Source: a virus | Taxonomy: Duplodnaviria; Caudoviricetes | Virus record (IMG/VR): IMGVR_UViG_3300029798_000001 | Length of the DNA: 64,000 nucleotides | Direction: 5' to 3' (one strand) | Notes under the pieces: model-generated | Database searches by the model: none | What the model was told of the DNA's origin: nothing | The model's input: only the letters and a program-made list of their open reading frames with translations | Shown: piece by piece, positions 50,151 to 58,803 of the stretch | Position numbering within the stretch: position 1 is the first letter of the stretch | Layout: every line of letters starts with the position of its first letter | Made by a program: the position numbers and the translations under genes

Positions 50151-50811
50151 CTATTTTCCAATCTTTATAGATTTCTCTTTTACCTTGTGCTAGTGCTCTT
50201 ATAGGGACTCTTCTAAGTTTTAATTTTTTGCTAAACTCGTAGGGAGTTTCTTTATATTCTTCTCCTGTTTTTTCGTTCTTAAAAACATAAAGGGTATGAT
50301 CATATCCGGGATTATTTTTTCCAATCTTAGATCTTGATCCAAATGTCTTTTTATAATCATCGGTAAAATATCGTCCTTTGGTCCATCCTGTTGGAATTTG
50401 GGTTGTTCCTTTGATCTTTTTGTTTTTACTGCCATTATTAATCCAAATAGTTCCATACATGGGATTATTTTTGCCAGCATTATTAATTACACATTTTTTC
50501 TTAAAGTCTTCTCCGCGATCACGACCCGCTACACCGCCAGGTCCACCGCCAGTTTCACGAATACGATTTGCCCAGGCTGGATCATTGACGATATTCCACA
50601 GATCGCTATAATAACGACCTGTTTGTTTCATTTCTTCTTTGTTTGTAGTTTCGAGTAGTATTTCGGTATTGACATCATACCCATATTCTTCTATATGAGT
50701 AGTCCAATCAACCCCAGATCCTTGGTATTTAAACGGATCTCTTTTTGTTTGTCCTAGGTATTGCAGACCTGTTTTGTTATGGGTCTTTTTGTAAAGGTAG
50801 TAAATACTCAT
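50128..50811 (-). mobile_element. free-standing GIY-YIG (Seg-like) homing endonuclease
   Basis: YYLYKKTHNKTGLQYLGQT...YQGSG; NPMYG/WINNG NUMOD-type motifs; orientation opposite to neighbours. Confidence 0.85.
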
Positions 50812-50881
50812 GCTGATTGCTCCTTCAAGCGTTAGAGTAGTTGGATATCCCCATATCGCGAACTACACATAAACATATTTA
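50812..50881 (-). promoter_or_regulatory. late promoter, hairpin and RBS of the endonuclease gene
   Basis: On the minus strand: TAAATA (50881-50876), GTAGTT/AACTAC plus GATAT/ATATC stem (50866-50837), GAAGGAG. Confidence 0.6.
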
Positions 50882-50921
50882 TGGCATAAATATAAAATAT
50901 AATAACATTAAAGGAACAGTT

Positions 50922-51362
50922 GTGTTAGCTGAATTATTAAAAACTCTGCTTGCTAGTCAATTTGCTTACTATTTAAAAGCTACTTTCTTCCATTGGAATT
51001 GCGAAGGAGCAGATTTTTATCAGCTACACAAATTTTTCCAAAAAATTTACGAAGATGCCTATTCTGCTGTAGATACTATAGCTGAAGAAATTCGCACTCT
51101 TGATGAATATGCCCCCGGTAGCTTTGAACGCTTTGCCGAACTTTCACAAATACAAGGACAAACTAAAGTTCCTAGAGCTAGGCTCATGATTGAGGAATTG
51201 TTGGCCGATAGTCAGACCATGATTGATCTACTCAATCAAATATTTGTTGTTGCAACCAAAGAAAACAAACAAGATATTGCTAATTTTATGGCTGAGCGGT
51301 TAACGGCGCAAAACAAATATATGTGGCAGTTAAAAAGTTTCCTAAAAGAAGCAAGGGCATGA
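50922..51362 (+). CDS. dps: Dps/ferritin-family DNA-protection protein
   Basis: FHWNCEG.DFYQLHKFFQKIYED....DTIAE.IR; likely GTG start at 50922. Confidence 0.88.
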   Translation: MLAELLKTLLASQFAYYLKATFFHWNCEGADFYQLHKFFQKIYEDAYSAVDTIAEEIRTLDEYAPGSFERFAELSQIQGQTKVPRARLMIEELLADSQTMIDLLNQIFVVATKENKQDIANFMAERLTAQNKYMWQLKSFLKEARA

Positions 51363-51365
51363 TCC

Positions 51366-52841
51366 GTGTCACAAGACCATAACGATATCTATTCTATTGT
51401 AGAACGTCTTCGTATGCTTGAAGAAGGCTTAAACACGAATCAACGAAGTGTTAATCAACTTTCGGCCACATTTCGACCAAAAACAGTAGCAGTGCTTACT
51501 GCCAAAACTGATCCTAAAAATCCCCTGGCCGGCAAGTTAGTTGGTGGTTGCGAGGAAAGTGAAGAGCTTGATGATGACAATGCTATTAATAATGCAATAG
51601 ATCCAGAAAGAGATCGCAATACTATTGCCTCTGAAAGTCGTGTAGAAGAAGATGTCCTGGATAAAGTTAAAAGTAGTTTTTCAGACTATCTAAAAAGTAT
51701 TGAGGACAAGTATCGAGATTCTCACTTGAAAGATAAAAAACACGAAGATACAGATTTACGAGCAAAAGATAAAACAGATCGGGATCTACGCCCTAAACAA
51801 GTTACTGCCGAAGGCTTAGAACAACAATATCTATGGCACGGGTCAAGACAAAAGATTCCTATGTTAGAACCACGCCAATCAGTAGATACAGGTGGTGCGG
51901 CAGGTAGCAATCAAAATGCTATCTATGCTACAAGTGATCCTAAAGTTGCTATAGCAATGGGACTTACAACTCCTGGTAGCGATACAGGTATGTTCCCTAA
52001 CGATCCTCAGATGGTCTTGTTTAGTGGCAAGATTAGAAAAGGTGAAAATGTTTACCTACACAAGGTGCCGATGAATGGACCTGATGGCAAACCGCAGTTT
52101 GTTCAAGGTGGCAACAGTAGAGAGTGGTATTCCAAGCCAGGTGTTAAAGAAATTAAGCCACTAGAAGTAAAAGCAGTTCCTGTGGACCAGTATCTGAACT
52201 TGATTAGACAAGCAACACCGCAAGATTTAGAACTACAGAAAAAGTATATGAAGCAAGGTATAGCGGAAGCCATCGATACACAGGCATATTATATTGTTAA
52301 TGCTAACAAGAATTATTCAATCTTGGCAGGTCCGTTTGCGTCACGCGAGCAAGGCCGCGCAGAATTTCAAAAAATAATACATCAATATCCTGGCGACTTG
52401 AAAGATCTTAGTTTACTACAAGGTCATGTATTACAGCAATCACAAAAAGATGCACTGGATGAACCAGATAGCAAAGAGCCGTGGCATGGTATTAAAGATC
52501 CTGAGCTATTAAAAGATTTAATTGCTGATGCACAAGTTATGGACTACGATGAGTTCTACGATGAATACAGTAGTATGTTTGATGATCCAGAAGAATTCTG
52601 GGATAACTATCATAACGACGAGCAAGATATAGTAGAAAGCGCACCAGTTAAGACTATTACCAATGAATGTGGGTTGTGGGAAGTGCATGGTGATGATCAT
52701 AGCGGGTTTGCAATTCGCCACGGTAATCGTCAACTACCCACACGCTTTAAAAATTTAGAAGAGGCCGAGTTGGCCTTAGAGATGTTTAATATTCGTCGCC
52801 GTCGGCGTGATGACGCAGCGGATTACATAGACGAAGCATAA
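51366..52841 (+). CDS. modular protein containing an ADP-ribosyltransferase-like domain
   Basis: LWHGS...IYATS motif in module 51813-52253; module ends at QGIAE-A. Confidence 0.65.
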   Translation: MSQDHNDIYSIVERLRMLEEGLNTNQRSVNQLSATFRPKTVAVLTAKTDPKNPLAGKLVGGCEESEELDDDNAINNAIDPERDRNTIASESRVEEDVLDKVKSSFSDYLKSIEDKYRDSHLKDKKHEDTDLRAKDKTDRDLRPKQVTAEGLEQQYLWHGSRQKIPMLEPRQSVDTGGAAGSNQNAIYATSDPKVAIAMGLTTPGSDTGMFPNDPQMVLFSGKIRKGENVYLHKVPMNGPDGKPQFVQGGNSREWYSKPGVKEIKPLEVKAVPVDQYLNLIRQATPQDLELQKKYMKQGIAEAIDTQAYYIVNANKNYSILAGPFASREQGRAEFQKIIHQYPGDLKDLSLLQGHVLQQSQKDALDEPDSKEPWHGIKDPELLKDLIADAQVMDYDEFYDEYSSMFDDPEEFWDNYHNDEQDIVESAPVKTITNECGLWEVHGDDHSGFAIRHGNRQLPTRFKNLEEAELALEMFNIRRRRRDDAADYIDEA

Positions 52842-55800
52842 GGAAAAATAAATGTTTGCATTAGACCTATTCAACACAAAATACGAGAAGTCACTACAAG
52901 AGGGTGCCACAGATAACACGACCGAACATCTGCTTAAACCTCTCCATCTCCGTGCTGCAAACATTCTTACACAGTTGCGTTCCGGACATACTACTCCTGA
53001 AAAAGTAGCGGCCCTTACAAAAGAATATGAAGATTTAGTTGCAGAGCGTATGAGTATTCTTAAAGGTGAACACCCAGAATCAACAAACGAAATGGGTTAC
53101 GGTAGTCTAGGCGAAGATGATATGATTCCAGTTGGTCGTATGCAACCCGGTACACCAGAATATGCTGCCGCCCGTAATCGTTCTGTAAAATACGCAGAGT
53201 TGACACCAGATTACACAGGCGGGCATAAAACTGCTGGCCCTACTACTGTCGGATATAAAAAAGCAACAAACAAACCGTTGGTCCCAGGCGAAGTTGAAGT
53301 GGCGGAAGCCGGATTACCGGGCAATTTACCTCCAGAACAAATTCCGGGTAAAGAAGATTTACTAAAAGGTAAGGGTCGTCAAACTTACGAAGAAAATATA
53401 GACGAAGGGTTTGGCCCTGTTGGTAGTAAGGGATTAATGAATGGCAATTTTGCTACATTTATGAAAGCTCGCCAAAACAGGACACCAGTTACATTAGAAA
53501 TCGGTGGTGAGGAGTTTAGACTTACACCAACAATGATGGATGCTATGGCTAAGAAATATCTTGCAGATAAAGCCGCTAGTGATGCAGCCCCTACTAATCG
53601 AGATATAAAATTAATAGCTGTTAACAATTATCGTGCATTTGGTTATCCACAATTGATGAGAGCATTTATCGACGGTGTTGCTACTCACGACAACACTCCT
53701 CCGGCTAATGTGCCAGGTGAACAGTTGCCAATGTTCGAAAGAACTCAACAGGTTCAAAAAAAAAATTCTAAAAAAGCCGATCCAGATTTAGGTGCCGGTA
53801 CAGCTCGAGATGCGACGGTACAGAGAGAACTTCAAAAGGTTCGGGCCCGCCATCCTAATGCCCGTAGCGATATCGAAGCCCTGGTCAAAGACGAAATAGT
53901 TAATCAAGAACGAGTTGACCAGGAATTGTCTCAACAACAAGATAATATTCAACAACAAACAGCTCAATTAGCACAATTAGGTAGTGTAAATCGACAACAA
54001 GATACAAAAATAAACAGTTTACAGCAACAGTTAGCTACCGCGGTACAGTCTATTAAATCTGCACCCGTTACTCCAGCTACTACAAAACCCGCCAGTATGC
54101 CTGTTAGTAAGCCTGCTAGTGTTGCTCCTGCAACTACTACAGTGCCAAGTAGTATTACAGCAGCATTGCCGGTACCACAGACAGCCAAGGATCAAGAAAT
54201 TTACGATAAAGTTCAAAGTCTCGAAACAGAGCTTAAAGACAAAATTGATGCCATGGCTAGCTGGAATGCTATTGCACAAAAAGATCCTCAATCTAATAAT
54301 GAACTTACAGCACTGCGCAAAGAAGTTGAGCGCACTAAGAAAGAATTACAGCAACAAATTATTAAACTTAAACCAATTAAAAAGAAACCAACAACTCAAG
54401 CTCCGGCGTTATCAGACCCTAATGTAATTGATATAGATGCTTGGGAGGTTCCGGGGATGGCAGTACCCGAAGTGCCTGATAATATAAAAACCGAGCCAGG
54501 AACTGCTACGCCCGCAAAAGAATTACCGATTGATCAATTAGATCACCAAGTTGATACTACTCCATTCGCCGGTGGTACTAAAAACAATCAATGGGGTCCA
54601 AAAAATATGCCAGGTGGCAGATTTACAGTACAAGATGTTGACCCTTACGACATCGGAGTTCATGAAGCTGTTGAACCCGGTGAAGAAATCTCAACAAATG
54701 AATTACTATACCGTGCGGCTGTTGAGTATATGCAACACATGGGCCGCGAAGGTCAGCCAGTTGACTACGAAACAGCCGTTAAGTTGGCAGCCAAACATTA
54801 CCATATTCCTTACCGCCCAGGTATGGTTCCAGAATTACATGCCAAGCGTCAAGAACTAGATGCTAAACTTGATGCGGCTATTAGAGCTCGTCAAGCCGAG
54901 CGTGGTGCCCGTAAACAACGACAACTGGCTCGCACAGCGCCAACTACCCCAGAACAGGAAAAGAAAATGCAAGACTATTGGTCCAAGAATGCGCCACAGG
55001 CTACAAGAGTAAAAGCACCAACACGAAGTTTAGAAGAAAATCAACAGTTACATGTCGGTGATCCTATTGTTGTTACAGCACCCAACGAGTTTGAAGGTAA
55101 GACTGGTGAGATCTACGACTTTGCGCCAAGTGGCAAGTTTGTTATTGTCAACTTGTACAATCACGGCAAACACAGTATGCACCTAAGTGATGTTGAATAC
55201 AATCAATATGCCAACGACCAAGATGAGAAAGAATTTTGGAATGGTGATAAAGAAGTTAATGAAAGCAATATGAGTGAGTTAGATGCAATGCGTCAAGATC
55301 TTGAATTAATGAATGATCGCCAATTTAAAGTTGCCTATGGTATAAGCAAGGTAGCATTTAGGCAAAAGTATCGTGCATTATTGAATCCAGCACCTCAACA
55401 AGATGTTCCGGTAGAAGAAGGATGGCAAGACTTCAACAAGGTAGAGCCATATGCTGTTTGTTTAGCTGGCAAGCCTGTTAAGAAGTTTGACTACTATGAA
55501 GAAGCTCGCCGCTTCCACGATAACTGGAAGAAGAAGTTGTACCGCGAAGGCAACAAAGAAAAAGCAGATAAGATTACCTTGATGCCCATCATGGACGAAG
55601 GTGATGATCAGAATGGTCAACCTAGGGCTGGATTACCTGCAAATTTTGCAAACAGAATAATGGCATTAGATTTTCCACAAAGAAAAATATTTAGAGATTA
55701 TATAAATTCATTTAACAAAATTCGCCAGGCATCGGCCGATCTTAATAAGATGTTGGCTGGATTTCCTAAAGATATTATTGACGCTTATCAACAGTTAACT

Positions 55801-57146
55801 CCTGAGCAACAACAGTCAGTGTCAATGGTGTTAGAACCTGGTTGGGAAGAAGAAAACCAACTGGTACAAAAATATAAAAATGGAGTTGTAAAAAAACAAG
55901 GCGTGACAGAAGCTGGTAGCCCAGCACAACAGGCTGCCATCGCCATTGCTATGAAGCGGGCTGGTAAGAAACCTAAGCAAGCAGATGAGGGACAATTTAG
56001 CGTCACTGATGATCCATCTGCACATATTAAAGTATTATTTCTTAAAACAATAAACGGAAATGAATATCGTTTGGTAAAACAAGGCGGTGTGTATAAGATT
56101 TATGTAAACAGAAGTAAGAAAACCAAACAAGAATTTCCATCTTTTGACCTTGCTAAAAAAGCATTACAACAATTATTATTAAATGCAGTGAATACAGATG
56201 AAGCGTATACACCAAGTCCAGCTAAACCGTTTCGCAATCCTAGAGGCTTTAATAAACAAGGCACAGGTGTAGGCAATAAATTAGCACAACAAACTCGTGC
56301 TGAGTTAGCAAACATACAACCAAGGAAAGGTACACCGGTTCCAGCCAAAGAATTTGCTCAAGGTGTTTTGAAAGATTTAAAGAAGGTGAATGTAAAAGAA
56401 GCAGAAGGTAGTTGGATTGTGTATGATCCCGAAACCAAACAGATCAAGAAGCGTTTTAAAACACACACCGCAGGCAAGAGCTATGCTCAAACTCACGGCC
56501 TAGGATTTGCCAGTAGTGAATACTACTTTGACCGTGTTAAAGAACCGGTTAATGAACTTGATGTTAATACCTTAAAGAGTTATGCAGACAAGCGTGGAGC
56601 ACAAGTGGCCGCAATGAAGGCCGACAATCCTAATCCTCAAACAGGCAGTAAAGAATGGGTTCAACAAGCTGTTCCGGCACAACAAGTAGGTCTTGCAAAT
56701 CGTAAGATTGCTCGTAAAGAACGCCAGCAAGGTGTGGCGGAGGACTGGATTGATGACGATGCCGCAGAGCCATTGGCCAAATACTTTGCTGACTTATACT
56801 ATGGCGATTTTAGTGCTACTATGAAAGTTAAACTAACCTCACACATTTATCAAGCTATTCAAAACGGTGAGTTGAGTATTGAACAACTTAAAGCTGACAT
56901 TGATATGTTGGAAAAAGAAAAAGGCATTAAAGAGCAAGGTGTGGCGGAAGGCAAGGGTCTGGCTAAGAAGGTAAAGATTGTTAAAGGTCCAGATGCAGGC
57001 AAGACAGGTTGGATTAGAGAAGTTAAACATGGTGCTTTCAAAGGTGCTCCAAAAACTTATTATATTGATTTAGATGATGGTGGTCAGGCAAATAACTTAC
57101 CGGCCACAGCATTACGATTAGTTAAAGAACAAGGCATGGCGGAAGG
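52254..57146 (+). repeat. dispersed in-frame junction repeat CAAGGYRTRGCGGARG (QG[VIM]AE)
   Basis: Copies at 52254, 55897, 56728, 56935 and 57130; core GTGGCGGAAG at 53299. Confidence 0.85.
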
Positions 57147-57930
57147 CTATACTCCGGATACAAACTATTCTTATACTATTGTAGGCAACGGTGACGAATC
57201 TAAAGCGTATGATAGTAAAGAAGAAGCGCGAGATGCCATGCGTAAACTTGGCGCTGGTTATAAGATTAAACGCAAGCCACGCACAAGTGCTCGTAGTGTT
57301 AAAAAACATTTTAGTAATCGCAATATGGAACTTGGTGAAACACACGAACCACAGAAGTTTATTGTTACTATCAATGGTAAAGCCACTAGCCCACTATACC
57401 CAGATATGGCAGATAAATTATACATAGCGGCCAAGCGGGCACAACCTAATGCTCGTGTTGAAAAGACTGTGGCACAAACTACGGAGCGTCAAAAAGGTAT
57501 TGATCGTGTTAAAGCTGGCTACGGTGATGAAGATGCATTAGAATTACATGAACAACTGCCATCAACACCGCCGGCTAATCGCAAAGAGTATTTAGATCAA
57601 CGCGATAAGTTATTCCGTATGTTGGCAGTTGACACCAACCCAGTTAATAAGCAGATTATTAAACAGGCATTAAAAGATTTAGACAATCGATATGGTTCTA
57701 TAAAAAATCCAGTAAATGAAGAAAATAGCACCAGCAGTGAAGCTGTTGAAATAGCCCTAATTCGTCGTGTATTAGTAGCACATACTGATTTAATCATGGA
57801 TTTTGGTCTTGACAAGGTTACACAAGCCATCGAGGAAGTTGCTTACAATGTTGGTGATGTGGATGAAATCGGCACCAGTGATGTTAGTGGCTGGATCCAT
57901 CAAGTCAAACAAATACTCGGTGTTGAATGA
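52852..57930 (+). CDS. giant modular polyprotein (coiled coils, KOW/SH3-like and other small cassettes)
   Basis: 1692-aa ORF punctuated by repeated (V/I/L)xE-(G/A/S/D) and QGVAE junctions. Confidence 0.8.
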   Translation: MFALDLFNTKYEKSLQEGATDNTTEHLLKPLHLRAANILTQLRSGHTTPEKVAALTKEYEDLVAERMSILKGEHPESTNEMGYGSLGEDDMIPVGRMQPGTPEYAAARNRSVKYAELTPDYTGGHKTAGPTTVGYKKATNKPLVPGEVEVAEAGLPGNLPPEQIPGKEDLLKGKGRQTYEENIDEGFGPVGSKGLMNGNFATFMKARQNRTPVTLEIGGEEFRLTPTMMDAMAKKYLADKAASDAAPTNRDIKLIAVNNYRAFGYPQLMRAFIDGVATHDNTPPANVPGEQLPMFERTQQVQKKNSKKADPDLGAGTARDATVQRELQKVRARHPNARSDIEALVKDEIVNQERVDQELSQQQDNIQQQTAQLAQLGSVNRQQDTKINSLQQQLATAVQSIKSAPVTPATTKPASMPVSKPASVAPATTTVPSSITAALPVPQTAKDQEIYDKVQSLETELKDKIDAMASWNAIAQKDPQSNNELTALRKEVERTKKELQQQIIKLKPIKKKPTTQAPALSDPNVIDIDAWEVPGMAVPEVPDNIKTEPGTATPAKELPIDQLDHQVDTTPFAGGTKNNQWGPKNMPGGRFTVQDVDPYDIGVHEAVEPGEEISTNELLYRAAVEYMQHMGREGQPVDYETAVKLAAKHYHIPYRPGMVPELHAKRQELDAKLDAAIRARQAERGARKQRQLARTAPTTPEQEKKMQDYWSKNAPQATRVKAPTRSLEENQQLHVGDPIVVTAPNEFEGKTGEIYDFAPSGKFVIVNLYNHGKHSMHLSDVEYNQYANDQDEKEFWNGDKEVNESNMSELDAMRQDLELMNDRQFKVAYGISKVAFRQKYRALLNPAPQQDVPVEEGWQDFNKVEPYAVCLAGKPVKKFDYYEEARRFHDNWKKKLYREGNKEKADKITLMPIMDEGDDQNGQPRAGLPANFANRIMALDFPQRKIFRDYINSFNKIRQASADLNKMLAGFPKDIIDAYQQLTPEQQQSVSMVLEPGWEEENQLVQKYKNGVVKKQGVTEAGSPAQQAAIAIAMKRAGKKPKQADEGQFSVTDDPSAHIKVLFLKTINGNEYRLVKQGGVYKIYVNRSKKTKQEFPSFDLAKKALQQLLLNAVNTDEAYTPSPAKPFRNPRGFNKQGTGVGNKLAQQTRAELANIQPRKGTPVPAKEFAQGVLKDLKKVNVKEAEGSWIVYDPETKQIKKRFKTHTAGKSYAQTHGLGFASSEYYFDRVKEPVNELDVNTLKSYADKRGAQVAAMKADNPNPQTGSKEWVQQAVPAQQVGLANRKIARKERQQGVAEDWIDDDAAEPLAKYFADLYYGDFSATMKVKLTSHIYQAIQNGELSIEQLKADIDMLEKEKGIKEQGVAEGKGLAKKVKIVKGPDAGKTGWIREVKHGAFKGAPKTYYIDLDDGGQANNLPATALRLVKEQGMAEGYTPDTNYSYTIVGNGDESKAYDSKEEARDAMRKLGAGYKIKRKPRTSARSVKKHFSNRNMELGETHEPQKFIVTINGKATSPLYPDMADKLYIAAKRAQPNARVEKTVAQTTERQKGIDRVKAGYGDEDALELHEQLPSTPPANRKEYLDQRDKLFRMLAVDTNPVNKQIIKQALKDLDNRYGSIKNPVNEENSTSSEAVEIALIRRVLVAHTDLIMDFGLDKVTQAIEEVAYNVGDVDEIGTSDVSGWIHQVKQILGVE

Positions 57931-58568
57931 GATTTGGTGAATTTAAACGAGCCAGCCAAGAACACCTTGACGAAATTCTAGTTCGTTTATGTGCTATGGT
58001 GGTTGACGGTCAGAAGAAAGACCCTGACCATTATGGCATGGTTGCTGCTGCGGTATTAGATCCTGATAATAATTGTGTTGCGGCTACTAGTTATAATGAA
58101 GATGGCAAGTGGGTGCATGCCGAGAGGGCGGCAATAGATGCATATCATAGTCGTGGTGGCCGTATTCCAGCCGGCAGTATTATTATTACAACCTGTAGTC
58201 CATGTAGTGAAAAAATGGATGACCGCTACAGTGAAAGTTGCACAGACTTAATTAATGATACAGGTGTAGACTTAGTCTATGCTGGCTATGAAGATCCCAC
58301 CCAACATGCAGAGCAGGCCAAGTTCAAGGTTGAAGTGTCCGACAATCCAAAGATACACGAACTATGCCATGTATTTGCATCAACCTTTATGGACAAAGAA
58401 GCGGCACAGTTAGATGAACTCAGCTTCTTAGGATCGCCATGCACCAAAGACTGTTCGGGTCATCGTGCTGGCTATGCCTGGAGCCAAAGCAAAGGTGGGC
58501 GTGTTGCCCAAAGTCCTTTTAGTCCTAGTTTCAATAATGGTAGCCAACTTCAAGTGGATGGTAAGTAG
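57927..58568 (+). CDS. zinc-dependent cytidine/dCMP-type deaminase with appended C-terminal module
   Basis: HAERAAI and CSPC motifs; extra module after QLDE (CTKDCSGH.AGY.W). Confidence 0.85.
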   Translation: MRFGEFKRASQEHLDEILVRLCAMVVDGQKKDPDHYGMVAAAVLDPDNNCVAATSYNEDGKWVHAERAAIDAYHSRGGRIPAGSIIITTCSPCSEKMDDRYSESCTDLINDTGVDLVYAGYEDPTQHAEQAKFKVEVSDNPKIHELCHVFASTFMDKEAAQLDELSFLGSPCTKDCSGHRAGYAWSQSKGGRVAQSPFSPSFNNGSQLQVDGK

Positions 58569-58572
58569 AGTT

Positions 58573-58647
58573 ATGAACGAATACCCAGTATACCCAGAAC
58601 AACAAGGTGAGGAGGATCGACCAGTCCTTCCTTACTCACCTGTTTAA
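58573..58647 (+). CDS. Pro/Tyr-rich micropeptide (24 aa)
   Basis: MNEYPVYPEQQGEEDRPVLPYSPV; TAAGTA 5 nt upstream. Confidence 0.5.
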   Translation: MNEYPVYPEQQGEEDRPVLPYSPV

Positions 58648-58652
58648 AGAAT

Positions 58653-58736
58653 AGCCTTAGGACCGCACTAGTTGCGAGGCTGGGTGGTTACTACCCTGGG
58701 TCATCCGATTCGCTACCGGAATCCCAAAAAGTAACT
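58653..58736 (+). ncRNA. candidate structured RNA (three hairpins, possible pseudoknot)
   Basis: AGCCT/AGGCT, CGCA/TGCG, GGGTGG/CTACCC and GATTC/GAATC stems in a GC-rich gap. Confidence 0.45.
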
Positions 58737-58750
58737 TTACTAAAATATCA

Positions 58751-58778
58751 TTGACTTTCTAAAATAATACTGTATAAT
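58751..58778 (+). promoter_or_regulatory. sigma70-type promoter
   Basis: TTGACT-N16-TATAAT. Confidence 0.75.
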
Positions 58779-58803
58779 AGTAAGACTTACTTAGGAGATT
58801 TAT

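Noticed and set aside
52254-57146. QGVAE repeats as a CRISPR array or Chi site
   Set aside because: Spacing is irregular (195 bp to over 2 kb), all copies are in coding frame, and the motif does not match E. coli Chi GCTGGTGG.
58653-58681. Second k-turn in the 58.6-kb RNA
   Set aside because: It needs a 4-nt bulge and a poorly paired NC stem, so it is much weaker than the 6501-6533 element.
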